Below are positions 62,517 to 64,000 of a stretch of 64,000 nt of DNA, piece after piece (within the stretch, counting starts at the first letter, position 1; every line of letters starts with the position of its first letter). Origin of the DNA: Candidatus Latescibacterota bacterium (GTDB lineage Bacteria; Latescibacterota; UBA2968; GCA-2709665). The notes under the pieces are model-generated. The model saw nothing but the letters and a program-made list of their open reading frames with translations, made no database searches and had not been told where the DNA came from. The stretch lies in contig CBDCOX010000002.1 of the NCBI GenBank assembly GCA_965219995.1, forward strand, positions 3,808,001 to 3,872,000, written 5' to 3'. Made by a program: the position numbers and the translations under genes.

Positions 62517-64000
62517 ATGCCGCAGCGGAGGATGTCCCTCAAGAATCTCAGGAAACCCAAACCGGTCTACCCGGAAACCGTCCTCGTGGATGCCGGTCTT
62601 CCGGCGGCGGCCATCGTGCGTCCGTCGGAAGACAGGTACGGCGCCATTGCCGAGACCATCCGGGGGAAGATACACGACCTCACGGGCGCGAAACTGCCGG
62701 TGATCGACCACAGCGCCGCTGCAAGAACGCCCCGAAGGCACCTCATCCTGCTGGGAAACGTGAACACCAACAGGGTGGTCTTCCGGCTGTACGGCTACAG
62801 CTATACCCCGGCAGACGACCATTATCCCGGCCGGGGCGGCCACCTTCTCCACACCATCCACGATCCCTGGGGCAACGGCAGGAACGCCGTGGGCCTTCTC
62901 GGCAGCGACATCGCCGGTGTGGAAGCGGCCGCAGGCCTCTTTCTGGACCGGCTGGCGGCGGGGCCCACGCTGACCCTCGGCCCCATGTTCGACGTAGCGT
63001 GGGGTCCGGATGCCCGGGGCGACGCCGGGATTCCTGAAGAACCGGACCTGGACGCCGAGATGGCGGAAGCCGATGAAGACCTCGCACATGGCTCCCATAC
63101 CGGTCTTTGGAGCAGGATCGGACAGCGAGGCCTGCTCTACGGGCTTACCGGAAACGAAGTCTACGCTGAAATCTACAAAAGACTGGTCTTCCGGATGTAC
63201 GACCATGTCCTGTCCGACCCCGATAATTACGGCAGCGTATGGGGTTTCGACGCGGACTTCGCGCTGCAGTACGTCATGCCCGGGTGGGACCTCGTGGAAG
63301 AGAGTCCCGTCGTCTCCTCAGAGGACCGCCTGCGGATTACGCGCATCCTCTACGAGTTCATTTCGGATTGCGTATCACACGTGGGTGACGTCGAGAACGA
63401 TCGCGTACGCCACAACCACGCAACGTACGCCGCGCTCGGCCTTCACTACGCCGGCGCTTATTTCAGGAAATACTACAGGGCCACGCAGGCCTACCATTGG
63501 CTGGCCCTTTCGGAGAAGTGCTTCGGTGTGCAGGTCAACGCGTTCAAGCCTTACGAGGACTGCGGGCACTACCATTGGCGCACCCATTTCCACGCGATGC
63601 GCTACACGCTCAGCACGGGCGACATGACGTTTTTCGATACGGGTAATGCGCAGCGCGCCGGCGACTACGCCATCCTGACAACGGACAACCTGGGCTGCGC
63701 CGTGCCCAATGGAGACACGGCCTCCCCGTTCGGCACGTGGACCGAAATGCCCTACCTGCGCGCCATGGTCTGCGTAACCGGCGACGGCCGCTACCAGTGG
63801 ATGCTCGACAAGAAGAAAGACATGGCGCCGCGGCCCCACCCTTACGAACACAGCCGCGACGTGGATCCCGTTGAGCCCACGGACCTGGATGGGGCGCAGG
63901 TCTATCCGTTAGACCCTAGGTATTACGATTCAACAAACGGCAGCGACCACCTGCATCTGGACAAGACGTTCGACAAGGTCGTCTTCCGGGACGGGTTCGA
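62517..64000 (+). CDS. Large hypothetical protein, possibly heparinase/alginate-lyase-like (runs off the window; absent from the ORF track)
   Basis: Frame from ATG 62517 (RBS ggagg) reads MPQRRMSLKNLRKPKPVYPETVLV...HNHATYAALG...PNGD...FDKVVFRDGF with no stop seen. Confidence 0.7.
   Translation, partial: MPQRRMSLKNLRKPKPVYPETVLVDAGLPAAAIVRPSEDRYGAIAETIRGKIHDLTGAKLPVIDHSAAARTPRRHLILLGNVNTNRVVFRLYGYSYTPADDHYPGRGGHLLHTIHDPWGNGRNAVGLLGSDIAGVEAAAGLFLDRLAAGPTLTLGPMFDVAWGPDARGDAGIPEEPDLDAEMAEADEDLAHGSHTGLWSRIGQRGLLYGLTGNEVYAEIYKRLVFRMYDHVLSDPDNYGSVWGFDADFALQYVMPGWDLVEESPVVSSEDRLRITRILYEFISDCVSHVGDVENDRVRHNHATYAALGLHYAGAYFRKYYRATQAYHWLALSEKCFGVQVNAFKPYEDCGHYHWRTHFHAMRYTLSTGDMTFFDTGNAQRAGDYAILTTDNLGCAVPNGDTASPFGTWTEMPYLRAMVCVTGDGRYQWMLDKKKDMAPRPHPYEHSRDVDPVEPTDLDGAQVYPLDPRYYDSTNGSDHLHLDKTFDKVVFRDGF

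Overview
This window is GC-rich bacterial chromosomal DNA. The C-terminal dockerin/EF-hand-like tag, expanded heparinase and GH-like genes, Sel1 protein and many REP-like repeats suggest a Latescibacterota/Gemmatimonadota-type organism, possibly host-associated; this is inference only. The left part holds a ~15 kb, mostly + strand defence island (about 1.4-16.0 kb). It is bracketed by GTAG-type REP clusters and lies between a GcvT/dimethylglycine-dehydrogenase-like gene and a BHMT-like methyltransferase. The island carries a Phd-VapC toxin-antitoxin pair, a degenerate HNH-like ORF, an MmeI-type R-M fusion, a GHKL(MORC)-nuclease + m5C MTase + Vsr operon, an unknown protein followed by a truncated SIR2 start, GIY-YIG/DUF4357, a DUF6978-DUF1828/1829-like pair and AAA-DUF4143. 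The middle contains sugar-acid catabolism genes, secreted proteins, nitrite/sulfite reductase-ferredoxin-gltB, moaA, purA, serA and engB-clpX-clpP-tig, plus a bacterial Tes (tetraether synthase)-like radical SAM gene and a 4 x 100-bp tandem repeat array. The right part has heparinase/GH-like genes and a lower-GC insert with a Sel1 gene split at a T7 tract. I found no rRNA, tRNA, CRISPR array or transposase. Family assignments come from motif recognition by eye, not from database searches.
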